DNA of 64,000 bases from Myxococcales bacterium (GCA_047601445.1 JASGJH010000001.1:6336001-6400000); one strand, 5' to 3'. Shown: positions 1 through 10,139, counted from the first letter of the stretch. A program made the numbers and translations. The notes: generated by a model from the letters alone, not told the origin.

Positions 1-93
1 GTTCCATGACACTTCGGTGTCTCCGAGCGCTTCGCGCACGATGCGCGCCAGCGTGAGCTCGGGACGGCTAACGGTAACGCTGATGGCTTTCAC
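1..93 (-). CDS. 5' fragment of a gene running off the left edge, possibly an S4-domain/RluA-family pseudouridine synthase
   Basis: GTG at 93 opens VKAISVTVSRPELTLARIVREALGDTEVSWN, resembling the 'L..+VR......SW' start of S4 domains; only 31 codons visible. Confidence 0.3.
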   Translation of the reverse strand, partial: MKAISVTVSRPELTLARIVREALGDTEVSWN

Positions 94-178
94 GCGCAGA
101 CGGCTCCAAAAGCCGGCTCTCTGCTGGCTCGGCGCGGGTCTACTGCCGATCTCCGCCGCTGACAAGAGAACGCTTGAA

Positions 179-275
179 ATCAAGGCATTTCGTGAGCGCA
201 GCGTACCTCGCGGCGGATGGTGGCCGGCTCGGCCTTGCCGCGTTCGGCGGGCAGCGTGTGCGCCTTCCCGTTGAA
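179..275 (+). repeat. degenerate copy of the ~95-101 bp multi-hairpin intergenic repeat (REP-like)
   Basis: ATCAAGGCATTTCGTGAGCGCAGCGTACCTCGCG matches the reverse complement of 31853-31885 with two mismatches. Confidence 0.7.
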
Positions 276-485
276 CAAACACGGCCCCATGGAGGCGACG
301 CAAGGTTGGCTGCGCGCTCTCCTTCGGCGCGGGGGGTGGTCAGCGAAGGAAAGATTTGGGTGAGATCCCCCATGGAGTCGGGGCCACGAAATCGCTACCA
401 TCCGGCTCAGGGTGGACGCGTGCTCACGGGCGCGCGGCGGGGATTGAGGTTAGGCGCATTACTGCGCGACGGGGGATGTTCGACC

Positions 486-1049
486 GTGAAAGTACGCCGG
501 TGCTCGAAGCAGACCAATCTACGTAAGCTGCCTCTCGATGGCCTGGATATGTATCTCCTGTCCTGCCTCGAAGGGGAGCTGACCGTGGCGCAGCTCGCAG
601 ACATCACCGCGACTACGCCCAAGGAGACCGAAAGACGGCTGCTCGAACTGGCCCGTTTGGGCTTGATCGAGGGCGTAGAGGCCGACCTGGTGCAGGCCCT
701 CACACGCGCGCGCCGGTCCACGCGTCCCAGCCTGAAGCCCGCCTCCCTCAAGCCTGCTTCCGTCAAACCTGCCTCGACCAAGAAGAAGAGCGCCTCGAAC
801 AAGCCCGAGGTGGAGATCCGTCCTCCGCCCCCCTCGGACGACGACCTCGATGCCATGGAGACCCTGCGTCCGTTGAGCACCTCGGCCGCCGACCTCGAGC
901 GCATCACGCCGCTCCGCCCGCCCAGTCTCGACGCGCTGTTTCAGGCCGAGCCCACGGGCGCCCTGCTGAAGTTGCTCACGCCTAGCCGCGGTCATCCCCT
1001 CGAAGAGGTGAAGATCCCACGCAAACGCCGTTCGAGTACGCCGCTCTAG
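486..1049 (+). CDS. hypothetical protein: N-terminal winged-helix-like domain and Pro/Lys/Ser-rich disordered tail
   Basis: GTG 486 after GGGGGA; LRKLPLDGLDMYLLSCLEGELTVAQLADIT...LLELARLGLIEG resembles the wHTH-like module of myxobacterial DnaJ-type proteins; (K)PAS repeats. Confidence 0.6.
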   Translation: MKVRRCSKQTNLRKLPLDGLDMYLLSCLEGELTVAQLADITATTPKETERRLLELARLGLIEGVEADLVQALTRARRSTRPSLKPASLKPASVKPASTKKKSASNKPEVEIRPPPPSDDDLDAMETLRPLSTSAADLERITPLRPPSLDALFQAEPTGALLKLLTPSRGHPLEEVKIPRKRRSSTPL

Positions 1050-1098
1050 GGGGGGCCGGTACCCAGGCCGTTTGCGAGGGGTGTGCTAACCAGACCGG

Positions 1099-2058
1099 GT
1101 GAGCGAAGAAGATTCGAAGCCATCCGTTCGCATGGTGACGGTGGGGCCGGAACATGCGGGACAGCGCATCGACAACTTCTTGCGCACCGAGCTCAAGGGA
1201 GCGCCCAAGAGCCTGATCTATCGGGTGCTGCGCACGGGCGAGGTGCGCGTGAACAAGGGCCGCGCCAAGCCCGAGACGAGGCTCGCCGCTGGCGACGTGG
1301 TGCGCATCCCGCCGTTGCGCCTGAGCGAGGCCATGCCGGTGCGCGTGGGCGACGCGCTCAAGGACAGTCTGGAAGGCGCCATCCTGCACGAAGACGAGGC
1401 GCTGCTCGTGATCGACAAGCCTGCGGGGCTCGCGGTGCACGCGGGCAGCGGCGTGAACGTGGGGGTCATCGAGGCGTTGCGCGCGGCGCGGCCGGACGAG
1501 AAGGGGCTCGAGCTCGCGCACCGCTTGGATCGTGAGACGAGCGGCGTGCTGGTGCTGGCGAAGACGCGGCCTGCGTTGATGGAGATCCACGAGCTCCTGC
1601 GCGGGGACACGGTGAAGAAGAGCTATCGCGCGTTGGTGCGCGGGGCGTGGCCCGATCGTGTGCGCGAGGTGAACGCCCCGCTGGCGAAGAACAGTCTGCG
1701 CGGCGGCGAGCGCATGGTGGAAGTGCAGGGCGACGGTAAGGAAGCGCAAACCCTGTTTCGCGTGATCGAGCGATTCCACGGCGCGACGCTGGTGGAGGCC
1801 ATGCCGGTCACGGGGCGCACGCATCAGATCCGCGTGCACGCGGCGCACGTGGGCCATCCCATCGCGGGCGATGACAAGTACGGCGACCCCGAATTCGACC
1901 GCACGTTGAAGGCTTGTGGTTTGGGGCGGCTCTTCCTGCATGCAGCGAAGATTCAGATCCCGCGGCGAGGTCAGAAGGATCTGAGGGTCGAAGCAGCCTT
2001 GCCAGCGGAGCTCGAGCGCGTGCTGGCGGAGCTGCGCGCGCGGGCGCAAGCCAAGTAG
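1099..2058 (+). CDS. rluC: 23S rRNA pseudouridine synthase, RluC-like
   Basis: S4 domain GQRIDNFL...[35 protein letters not shown] and [10 protein letters not shown] motifs. Confidence 0.9.
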   Translation: MSEEDSKPSVRMVTVGPEHAGQRIDNFLRTELKGAPKSLIYRVLRTGEVRVNKGRAKPETRLAAGDVVRIPPLRLSEAMPVRVGDALKDSLEGAILHEDEALLVIDKPAGLAVHAGSGVNVGVIEALRAARPDEKGLELAHRLDRETSGVLVLAKTRPALMEIHELLRGDTVKKSYRALVRGAWPDRVREVNAPLAKNSLRGGERMVEVQGDGKEAQTLFRVIERFHGATLVEAMPVTGRTHQIRVHAAHVGHPIAGDDKYGDPEFDRTLKACGLGRLFLHAAKIQIPRRGQKDLRVEAALPAELERVLAELRARAQAK

Positions 2059-2228
2059 CAGTGTCGCGTGTGATCGCGCGCGCGCCCATTTTCAGGCCCA
2101 ATTTGCGCGTCTAGTTCGCCGGTTGCCATTCGGACGCGAAACGTAGGGTAAAGCGTTGCAGGGCTTTCACGGCGCAGCCATCCAAGGTCGATAGCGTCCT
2201 CGAGCAATTTTGCACGAGGGGGGAATCG

Positions 2229-3050
2229 ATGCAGCAGCGTATGCGTGCGGTCGTGATGATGGCGTCCGTGGTGTTTTCTTCGAGTTGTGCCGATGCGACG
2301 CCGAGCCAGGAGCCAGACCGCGTCGAGCAAGGGCAGAAGGCCGACGCGAGCGAGGATCATTACGAGCAACTGGTGGCGGACTTCGGCGGGAGAGACGGGC
2401 TCGCCGACTTCATGCGCGACAGCAGCGAAGACGAGATCCGCGAGATGCTCGCGCTCTACGGGATGACCTACGAGGTCCACGCGGCGAACCTGGCCAATCC
2501 CAAGTACATCGGAGATTGCCCGCAGTATTTTCCCGCCAGTGATCGCAACGCTTGGCACGATTTCGACGGCGAAAAGTACTACATCGATGGATCCGGCCGG
2601 CCGAAGAACGCTTCGAAGGACCTGCCGCCGGTGGCCGCAGCAGCGCGCTCGGACAGCTGCCAAACCAGCATTGGGCAGTGGGGCGATGCGGAGAATCCTT
2701 CCAACGACTACGACGGTGGTCACTTGATCGGATCGCAGCTCGGGGGCTGGGGCAAGCGTGCCAACATCGCGCCCCAGGACGCCAACTTCAACCGGGGTAA
2801 CTACGCGCAGATCGAGAACAAGATGGCGACCTGCGCAGGGCTGCCCAACGGGCGCATCCGCTACGATATCACGCTGGCCTACCCGAACAGCTCTGCGCTG
2901 ATCCCGAACACCTGGAGCGTCAGCATTACCAACACCTCATCGGGAGCGGCGATCTCGAAGCAGTTCACCAACGTCGATGCCGGTGGGTCGAGCGGGACGA
3001 CCTCTCGAACGGCGATCGTGAACTTCCTGAGCAGTCAGGGCTGCAACTAG
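2229..3050 (+). CDS. secreted (lipoprotein) DNA/RNA non-specific endonuclease, Endonuclea_NS_2-like His-Me finger
   Basis: signal peptide ending SSSC; YDGGHLIGSQLGG...NIAPQDANFNRG..AQIE active-site motif; GGGGGAA RBS. Confidence 0.85.
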   Translation: MQQRMRAVVMMASVVFSSSCADATPSQEPDRVEQGQKADASEDHYEQLVADFGGRDGLADFMRDSSEDEIREMLALYGMTYEVHAANLANPKYIGDCPQYFPASDRNAWHDFDGEKYYIDGSGRPKNASKDLPPVAAAARSDSCQTSIGQWGDAENPSNDYDGGHLIGSQLGGWGKRANIAPQDANFNRGNYAQIENKMATCAGLPNGRIRYDITLAYPNSSALIPNTWSVSITNTSSGAAISKQFTNVDAGGSSGTTSRTAIVNFLSSQGCN

Positions 3051-3076
3051 AGGCTGAAAGGGATCGGCGCGGGGGC

Positions 3077-3142
3077 GTGGTTGTGGTTGTGGAGTGAAAC
3101 GGGGGACTCGGAGAGGCGACCGCGACCACGACCACGACCACG
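3077..3142. repeat. hexamer-based imperfect inverted repeat between convergent genes (possible terminator or stabiliser)
   Basis: GTGGTTGTGGTTGTGG ... CCACGACCACGACCAC pair with G-U wobble on the + strand. Confidence 0.55.
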
Positions 3143-3167
3143 ATCGTGATCGTGGGGGATGGGAGGG

Positions 3168-5013
3168 CTAGGCCTTGTGGGCGGTCAGCGTGATCTCGTC
3201 GCGGTCGTGGTAGAGCTGCTTGAAGCGCAGACCATTCCACTCGCCCTCGGTCTCGAGAATCGCGCGCACGCGCGCCAGGATCTCGGCCTTCTTCTTCATG
3301 GGGAGCTTGATGTTGGCTACCACCATGCGGGCCCAGCGCTTGCGGCCCCACTTGGCGAGCAACGCAGCCGCCTCGAGCGGGCGCCACGCCATGTCGCAGA
3401 ACAGCCAGTCGATGGGCTCGTCGGGCGTATACGAGAAGGCGCTCTCTTGCAGGTGCTTCACGCCCTTCTTGGCCAGGATATCCGGGCGCAGCTTGGCAGG
3501 ATCCACCGCGATCACGCGGGCGCGGCGCTCGGCCAGCACGTAGGTCCAGCCGCCGGGTGCGGCGCCCAGGTCGACGCACACGTCGCCGGGACCCGGCTCC
3601 ACGCCGAGCCAGGCCAAGGCTTCTTCGAGTTTGCGCGCTGCGCGCGAGGGGAACTCGCCGGTGACGCGCACGCGCGTGCGGCCGCCGCGAGCCAACGAGG
3701 GCGTGGCGTTCGAGTGCATCACACCGGCCACCGCGTGCTCGGCGTCGCGCAGACACACCTGGGCGAAGGGCATTGAACCCAGCCGGCGCAGGCTGGCGTC
3801 GTCCACGCGCTTGGCGTTCGGCAGGTTCACGGCGAGGCGTTCTGCGATCTGCGTCTCGAGCTCGTCGGCCATCGACGAGAGCGGGTTGGTGAGCGGCGTA
3901 TCGGGTACCCACACGTGCAGGGCGTAGGTGGAGGCGCCGGCGAGCTTGTTGCGTAGGCTGCGCTCGACGCGCGTGGTGAGCTCGCTCAGATCGCTGGCGC
4001 GGACACTGGTGAGGATCTGGAAGCCCTGACGCGCGAACGTGAGAATCGACCGGGCGCTTGTCGAGCTTGGGCACCTTGGGCGCGAGCACCAGGCCCGGCG
4101 AGAGTACGTGTGGGGCGGGGTCGACCACCTTGCCGAGCAAGAGCTCGTCCACCAGGTCCTGTTCGGAGCCTTCGCGCGTGGTGAGCAGCCACTGGCCGGG
4201 ATGGGGCTCGCCTTTGAGTTGGGACAGCGCCTCAGGGATCTTGGGGTAGGGCACGCGCTCGAGGCGTGCCTTGTCGAGCTCTCCGGAGATGGGCTTCTTG
4301 AGCGCGTGGGCTTGTTCGCGCGGCTCGTGTTCGGCCTTCCACTGGTTGGCCTGACGAGCTCCCTGCTTGCGCGCCTCGGCGAAGGCAGCGCGGTCGGCGC
4401 GGCGATTGCCCGCTTTGCGCGCACCGGCGCCCGCTTGGGCGGGTTCCGTCATGAACTCGGGCTTGCGATCGCGCGCCCCGTGAGCCGCACGGGGCCGCTC
4501 GCGAGAATACTCTCGGGCATCGCGTTGGCCGCCGCGTGCGCCGGGGCGTTGTCCGCGTACTTCTCGCTGCTCGCTGCGTGCTTGTCGCTGCTCGCCGCGT
4601 TGTTGTCCGCGTGCCTCTCGCTGCTCGCCGCGCGCTTCTCGCTGTTGTCCGCGCGCCGCGCGCCGCTCGCCGCCAGCATCTCGCTGCCTGCCGCCAGCAT
4701 CTCGCTGCCTGCCGCCAGCATCTCGCCGCTCGCCGCTGGCTGCTCGCTGCTGGCCGCCAGCCGCTCGCCGCTCGCCGCCAGCATCTCGCTGCCTGCCGCC
4801 AGCCGCTCGCCGCTCGCCGCTGGCTGCTCGCTGCTGGCCGCCTGCCGCTGGCCGTACGCCGCTGGCTGCTCGCTGCTGGCCGCTGGCCGTACGCCGCTGG
4901 CCGCCTGCTGCTCGCTGCTGGCCGCTGGCCGCTGGCCGCTCGCTGCTGGCCGCTCGCTTCTGTTCCCCGCGCTTCGTTTCGCTGCGTTTTTGGCGTGGCC
5001 GCTCGGACTTCAT
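3168..5013 (-). CDS. rlmM: RlmM-like 23S rRNA 2'-O-methyltransferase (FtsJ fold), apparent +1 frameshift at ~4044, heptamer-repeat N-terminal extension
   Basis: C-terminal PSRAARKLEEAL, VDLGAAPGGWT, WLFCDM, NIKLP; removing one A at 4044-4045 joins ...KRPVD to LTFARQG; ATG 5013 overlaps the upstream TGA; alternative ATG at 4452. Confidence 0.75.
4565..4958. repeat. degenerate 7-bp tandem array (GCCGCTC/GCTGCTG/GCCGCCA/GCATCTC) with 21-bp super-period
   Basis: directly visible; translates as GGQQRAA/SGERRAA/GGRQRDA heptads on the minus strand. Confidence 0.85.
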
Positions 5014-5828
5014 CGCTGGCTCCTCATGCGGGAAGACAAGGTCGCCATCAGGATACCTGCGGCGACCGATACGTTGAGGGATTCCACCCCCTGGGCACCC
5101 TGAATGTGCACGAATTCATGGCAGCGCTTCTTCACGGGCGCCGTCAGCCCCAGGCGCTCGCTGCCCAGCACCAGCACGGTCTTTTCGGGCCAGGCCAGCG
5201 CAGCGTGTGACTTGCCGGCGTGGGCGTCGGCCCCGACGATGTGAGCGCCTTCGGCCCGCAGGCGGTCGAGCGGCTCGGCCAGCTCTTGGACGAAGCACAC
5301 CGGGACCAGCTCGGCCGCGCCCTCGGCCACGCGCACGGCCGCCGAGCTCAGGCGCGTCTCGCGTTCCTTGCTGACCAGCATGGCCTGGGCCCCGAAGAAA
5401 CCCGCAGTGCGCAGCAGGGCGCCGATGTTGTGCGGATTGTCCACGCCGTCGAGTGCGAGCACGAAGCGCTTCGGCGCCAGCGCCTTGGCGAGCTCGCTCA
5501 CGCTTGGCGCGCGGCGTGGGTTCACCTGCATGCAGACGCCCTCGTGGTGCAGGCTGCCCGCGATGCGCTCGAGCTCCTCGCGCGGCACCTCACGGTAGGC
5601 GATGCGCCGCTTGGCAGCTTCGCGCAGAAGCTCGGCGATGGCTTGTCGCGCATCGGGCGCGTGCGCGATCTGGCGGACGTCATCAGGACGTTGCGCGAGC
5701 ACTGCACGGGCGGCGGCCAAGCCGAACACGCGCTCGAGCTCCGGCCTCGGAGCCTCGGCGCGGGTGCGGCCAGGGCCTACGCCCTGGCTTCCAGGGGTTC
5801 CCTTGCGGGTGGTTTTCTTGGATTGCAC
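5010..5828 (-). CDS. TrmH/SpoU-family RNA methyltransferase, YfiF-like
   Basis: DNPHNIGALLRTA, VLVLGSERLGL, ESLNVSVAAGI; N-terminal RVFG..A.RA...RP and HHEGVC as in YfiF; GTG 5828 start assumed. Confidence 0.85.
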   Translation of the reverse strand: MQSKKTTRKGTPGSQGVGPGRTRAEAPRPELERVFGLAAARAVLAQRPDDVRQIAHAPDARQAIAELLREAAKRRIAYREVPREELERIAGSLHHEGVCMQVNPRRAPSVSELAKALAPKRFVLALDGVDNPHNIGALLRTAGFFGAQAMLVSKERETRLSSAAVRVAEGAAELVPVCFVQELAEPLDRLRAEGAHIVGADAHAGKSHAALAWPEKTVLVLGSERLGLTAPVKKRCHEFVHIQGAQGVESLNVSVAAGILMATLSSRMRSQR

Positions 5829-5832
5829 GGAA

Positions 5833-7317
5833 CTACCGGAAGATCCCCAGGGCGAGGCCTGGTTTGCGTGTGAGACCCCGGAGCGCGGCCACGCTGATGC
5901 AGCCTTCGAGGGCATACGGTTGGGAGTAGACGCCGCCGTGGATTTGCTGCGTGAGCACGCGGGTGCCATGGGGCTCGCCGTGTCCATTTGCGCCGTGCGC
6001 GGCGCCGGGTGCGTCCGGGTTCACCAGGTCGTGCAGCGTGAGCAGGGTGGCCAGCGTGCGCGTGGCGTCGGGTTTGGCGATCAAGATGTGGAACGCGGGC
6101 GCGCCCAGAAAAGCAGCCTCGAAGACGGGGTGCGAGAGCGAGCGCGTGGCGGTGATGGGCGCCACGTTCGCGGATACGGTGAGCGGCGCGGCGCCGGGCT
6201 CGAGCTGATTCCCGAACGCCGCGTAGGCCTCTGCCGCGAGCAGCTTGCCGAAGTACTGGGCCGCTTGATAGCTGACACCCTGGGTCTTCACGATCGCCCG
6301 CGCCACCGGGCTCGCGCTCCCGAGCTCGAAGCCGTCGCGCAGCTGGCGCGTAGCGAACAGGGAGCGCATCCAGCGCGGCGCCTCCGCCTTTTGCTTCTGG
6401 GCATGCGCGAAGTCTTCGGCGCACACGCCGCCCGGACTCGTCGGCGAGATCAGCATCGTGCAGGAGGCCAACACACTGCGCGGGAGGTTGCGTGCGATCG
6501 CATTCATGGAGGCCGTCAGACGCCATTCCTGACTCTCGCCGCCCGCGTAGGCGTACATGCCGAGGTGCACTGGCGCGCCTTCGGCCGCAAAGCGGCGCAC
6601 GGTGGCCGCGATGGCATGGGGAGCCGTCAGCAGGTTGGCGCCGCCCCGCACGTAGCGCAGGGACCCGCCGAGTCGGGGGGCCAACAACAGGTCCACACCT
6701 GGCTCACGCAGATCGATCCACAGCACCTCGGCGCCCGCCGCCAGCAGCAGCTCCACGGGCGAGAGCTCGGCGGCCGCGCCCAGCAACACGAAGCGCTCTC
6801 CGCGCAGGGACAGCCCGCGCTCGTCCTGCGCGCGCTCGTTGATCCACGCCAGGGCATCGCGCGCGGCCGGCGTCATCCAGCGCTTCGCTTCGAGTTCCGC
6901 GGCCAGGCCCAACAGGCGGGCGCTCTGGTGCAGCCGACCCTCGAAGCTCACCGAGGGCATCAGGCGTCCGGGACCGGGCAGGTCCACCTTGACCCACGGC
7001 AGCGGCTCGCTCGGGCTAGCCATCACCTCGTCGAGTCCTCGTGTCCCCGCAGCGTCCGAGAACGTGAGTTCCCGCTCTGCCTCGCGCACCAAAAAGCGCG
7101 CGATCTCCAGGCGCGCAGGGCTCGCCCGCCGCGCGGCCTCGAAGCGCGGCAGGAGCTCGGAAAAGCGCTGCTTGAAGCTGCGCGCCTCGGCCGGCAGCTG
7201 GGCCTGGGCGAGCTCCGGGAAGCTCTCGCAGGCGCGTACCAACAGCTGATGGAAGTACGACGAACCCGTGTGAGCTTGGGGAAGGCCGACGCCCGTGCCT
7301 GGCTGTTCGACGGTCAC
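5833..7317 (-). CDS. hypothetical protein with Rossmann-like segment
   Basis: 494 aa ORF; FVLLGAAAELSPVELLLAAGAEVLWID resembles a dinucleotide-binding beta-alpha-beta. Confidence 0.65.
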   Translation of the reverse strand: MTVEQPGTGVGLPQAHTGSSYFHQLLVRACESFPELAQAQLPAEARSFKQRFSELLPRFEAARRASPARLEIARFLVREAERELTFSDAAGTRGLDEVMASPSEPLPWVKVDLPGPGRLMPSVSFEGRLHQSARLLGLAAELEAKRWMTPAARDALAWINERAQDERGLSLRGERFVLLGAAAELSPVELLLAAGAEVLWIDLREPGVDLLLAPRLGGSLRYVRGGANLLTAPHAIAATVRRFAAEGAPVHLGMYAYAGGESQEWRLTASMNAIARNLPRSVLASCTMLISPTSPGGVCAEDFAHAQKQKAEAPRWMRSLFATRQLRDGFELGSASPVARAIVKTQGVSYQAAQYFGKLLAAEAYAAFGNQLEPGAAPLTVSANVAPITATRSLSHPVFEAAFLGAPAFHILIAKPDATRTLATLLTLHDLVNPDAPGAAHGANGHGEPHGTRVLTQQIHGGVYSQPYALEGCISVAALRGLTRKPGLALGIFR

Positions 7318-7408
7318 CGAGCATCCTTAGCAGCCCGTGAGCTTTGCTGCAGTAGGGCCCTCGCCAACCTGGCCAGCTCCGTGTCCTCGAGCTAGGGTGC
7401 GCGCCACC

Positions 7409-7672
7409 ATGGCCTCCATCGCTCCCGACTTGCTCGCATTGCTCGCCGACCCGGAGACCCACGAGGCCTTCGCGCTCGCATCCAGCGCGGAGCTCGCGGC
7501 GCTCAAGCAGGCCGTCTCCGAGGGACGTGGTCGGCGCCGAAACGGCTCGGCCCTGAGCGCAGAGCTCGATGGAGCGCTGCTTTGCCAGGGCCGGCGGGTG
7601 GCGTATCTGATCGAGGCGGGAATCCCGAACCTGTTGATCGACGAGCGCGTGGAGCTCGACGCGCCGCTCTGA
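7409..7672 (+). CDS. Trm112/YcaR-family protein
   Basis: DLLALLADPETH...AYLIEAGIPNLLIDE pattern (LL.+L.CP...YPI..GIP.LL..E). Confidence 0.75.
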   Translation: MASIAPDLLALLADPETHEAFALASSAELAALKQAVSEGRGRRRNGSALSAELDGALLCQGRRVAYLIEAGIPNLLIDERVELDAPL

Positions 7673-7678
7673 GCGCGC

Positions 7679-8677
7679 TCAGAACTCGTAGGGCACGGAG
7701 GTGTTCCCGAGGCGGAGCACGATGCTGCCCGTGGCCTGGGCGCCCAGGATGCTCTTGAGCGAGCTCACGCTGAACACCTTGGTCTGCGTGGCGAGCGCTT
7801 CACATGGGTCGGGTTCACCGTCGTCGACTAGCCACAGCTTGAGCTGGCCAGGCAGGCTCTTGGAGAGCGCGCCATCGGTGCACAGGCGGAAGCTGTGGGT
7901 CTTGCAGCCGCCACCGTAGCTGAACTGCAGAGCCAGTGCGTCGCCCTCGAGGTACAGCGGGATCACCGTGGTCACGTCCGCGGGGTCTGGTCCGCTGCAC
8001 TTCTCGAGCTTGGGCAAAGCGGGGCAACCAATCAGCGTGCTCTGCCAGTCGCCCTCGGTGTCGTTGGGGCCATTGGGTCCGCAGGTGCAGGTGTTGCAAC
8101 CGTCGGGACAGGTCACGGACGCGCCCGCATGAAAGGTCCTGTCACCGAAGCTGCAGCCACCCACGCAGGCCACGGCATCGCAATAGATCTGACCTTCGTC
8201 GGCACAGCCACAGCCGGCGCACCCGAGCGTAAAGGTGGTGTCGGCCGCGTAGTACTTGCCCTGGAACTCGCAGCCCGAAGCGACGCCGCCATCGCTGCCG
8301 TTGCTGCCGCCGCCTGGCGCGCAAGCCTTCTCGGTGCAGGCCACGTCACCGTTGTCGCCGCAGGTGCAGGTGTTGCAGCCGTCTTCACTGGGGAACGAGT
8401 CGCCCGCGGCGTAGACCGAGCCGTTGTAGCTGCAAGCGTCGGCGCCAGAGGGCGCACACGCCTTCTCGGTGCAAGCCACGTGACCATCGCTGGTGCACGA
8501 ACAGGTGTTGCAATGATCCGTGGAGGGGAACTGATCGCCCGGTGCCCAGACCTTGCCGTCGTACTCACAGACCTTCTGCGATCCGACGTTGGCCTTGGTG
8601 CACTCCTCGGCGCCCATCCAGAGCGGTGCGCACAGGACGGCGGGCAGGAGCCAACGCGTGTGGTTTCGACGTGTCAT
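7679..8677 (-). CDS. secreted Cys-rich protein with about 4 VWC/pacifastin-like repeats and a NigD-like C-terminal domain
   Basis: repeats C.Y.G..Y..GD.FPS.D.CNTC.C...G.VACTEKAC; C-terminal FSYGGGCKTHSF...KSLP.Q..L.L......DPCEA; N-terminal signal-like segment. Confidence 0.7.
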   Translation of the reverse strand: MTRRNHTRWLLPAVLCAPLWMGAEECTKANVGSQKVCEYDGKVWAPGDQFPSTDHCNTCSCTSDGHVACTEKACAPSGADACSYNGSVYAAGDSFPSEDGCNTCTCGDNGDVACTEKACAPGGGSNGSDGGVASGCEFQGKYYAADTTFTLGCAGCGCADEGQIYCDAVACVGGCSFGDRTFHAGASVTCPDGCNTCTCGPNGPNDTEGDWQSTLIGCPALPKLEKCSGPDPADVTTVIPLYLEGDALALQFSYGGGCKTHSFRLCTDGALSKSLPGQLKLWLVDDGEPDPCEALATQTKVFSVSSLKSILGAQATGSIVLRLGNTSVPYEF

Positions 8678-9507
8678 GGCAAGCTTCCTTTCTGTTCATT
8701 GCAAGCGGTCGAGTCCGGCGCGCGCTGGGAGAAACGCGCGCGCATACGCTGTCGTTCAGGGGCCAACAGCGCACTGGCCCCGAACTCCCGCTCGTGTCGC
8801 TCGAGCAGCGAGAGGGCGGCGCAGGCTTGGTCGGCTTCGAAGGAGCGGAGCGCCTGGAGCAGTAGTTGGTTCTCGGCCTGGAGCGCGCTGGCGCTGGCCT
8901 GAGTCAGCTGCGTTGCGGTCGCGTTGGGTTCGGCCGTATGCGGGCGTGCGTCACTCGCGGGCGCGACTTGGGAGGGCGGAATGGGCTGTGCCGAGCGCGC
9001 TCGCGCACGTAGGGGCGCAGGGGAGGGAGCCGCGAGCGCTGCGTCCGGCGCGCGCGCGGGCGGAAACTCGGGAGGCAGCGCGTGCTCATCGGGCAAGAGG
9101 ACTTCGGGTTCCGTCGTGGTCAGGGGCGGGGTCGCAGCGGCAGTCGAATGCGTGGTCAGCGAAGGCGTTCGCTCCACACGTGATGACTCGTGTCGTGTCG
9201 GCACCAGCATCGCGCCCGTGCCCAGCGCGCCCAGACTCGCGACCACCAGTAGCAGCTTGCCGGCCGAGAGTGCCGTTCCGCCCGCAGCGAAGGAACTCGC
9301 GCTTGCGCCGAGCGAGCCCGCGCCCGCACCCACCGAGGTCGCGCTCGCAGCTTGCGCCGTACCCGCGCTCAGGGCGCCCGCGCCCGCGGTGGTCGCCAAG
9401 CTGGCGGCCAGCACGCGCTGGCGCATACGCCCGCGAGTGTCGTCGTCGGGCCGGTCTTCCCGCAAGGCTTCGAGGGCCCGTCGTGCTGCTGGCGACAACT
9501 CATCCAT
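8674..9507 (-). CDS. putative anti-sigma factor (N-terminal helix, single TM, Pro-rich linker, C-terminal TPR-like domain)
   Basis: overlaps the ECF gene; ENQLLLQALRS.....AALSLLERHEREF...LLAPER motif. Confidence 0.7.
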   Translation of the reverse strand: MDELSPAARRALEALREDRPDDDTRGRMRQRVLAASLATTAGAGALSAGTAQAASATSVGAGAGSLGASASSFAAGGTALSAGKLLLVVASLGALGTGAMLVPTRHESSRVERTPSLTTHSTAAATPPLTTTEPEVLLPDEHALPPEFPPARAPDAALAAPSPAPLRARARSAQPIPPSQVAPASDARPHTAEPNATATQLTQASASALQAENQLLLQALRSFEADQACAALSLLERHEREFGASALLAPERQRMRARFSQRAPDSTACNEQKGSLP

Positions 9508-10102
9508 GACGACCTCGCTGGCTCTGGCCTTTCACACGCGTCAGGCGCTCGACTTCGCGATCGAAGGCGAGTCGTGCGAGACGCAGGCGTGAGTAGACCG
9601 TGTTCACGGGCACCCCCAAGATCTGGGCGACCTCGGGGGCGGACATCTGTTCGATCTCGAGCAGCACGAACACCTCGCGCTTCTCCGCGTCCAGCGCTCC
9701 AAGTGCACGCTGCGCCAGCGCCAGCCCTTCTTGTCTGGCGGCCTCATGCTCCGTGCACTCCGCGCCGGCGCTCTCCGCACCGACGTCCCAGGAGCTCGCG
9801 GACCAGGAGCGCGCCAACGCCGCGCGCTTCTTGCGCGCGATGCGGATCACGATGGCGTAGAGCCACGTGCGCAGCGCGCAGGCGCCGTCGAACTCGGAGA
9901 GCTTCTGCTGCACCACCACGAACACGTCCTGCACGGCGTCTTCGAGCGCGCTCGGTGCGACGCCCAGGCTGCGCAGGCAACGAAACACGTAGTCGCTGTG
10001 GGCGTCGTAGATCGCTGCGACCTCCAGCTTCAGCGCGGATCCATGGCCTTCGGCCGCGAGGCCGGGCGCACCGAGATCGACGCTGAGGACATCCGTCGCC
10101 AT
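9500..10102 (-). CDS. ECF RNA polymerase sigma factor
   Basis: EDAVQDVFVVV, TWLYAI, REVFVL.EIEQMSAPEVA.ILGVP.NTVYSRLRLAR. Confidence 0.92.
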   Translation of the reverse strand: MATDVLSVDLGAPGLAAEGHGSALKLEVAAIYDAHSDYVFRCLRSLGVAPSALEDAVQDVFVVVQQKLSEFDGACALRTWLYAIVIRIARKKRAALARSWSASSWDVGAESAGAECTEHEAARQEGLALAQRALGALDAEKREVFVLLEIEQMSAPEVAQILGVPVNTVYSRLRLARLAFDREVERLTRVKGQSQRGRHG

Positions 10103-10139
10103 GGGGTTCGCTGTGTATCCCTGCAGGCCCGGCCTTCCG

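Noticed and set aside
4044..4045. programmed ribosomal frameshift in the rlmM-like gene (and the other four breaks)
   Set aside because: No slippery heptamer or stimulatory structure seen; the pattern fits random indel errors.
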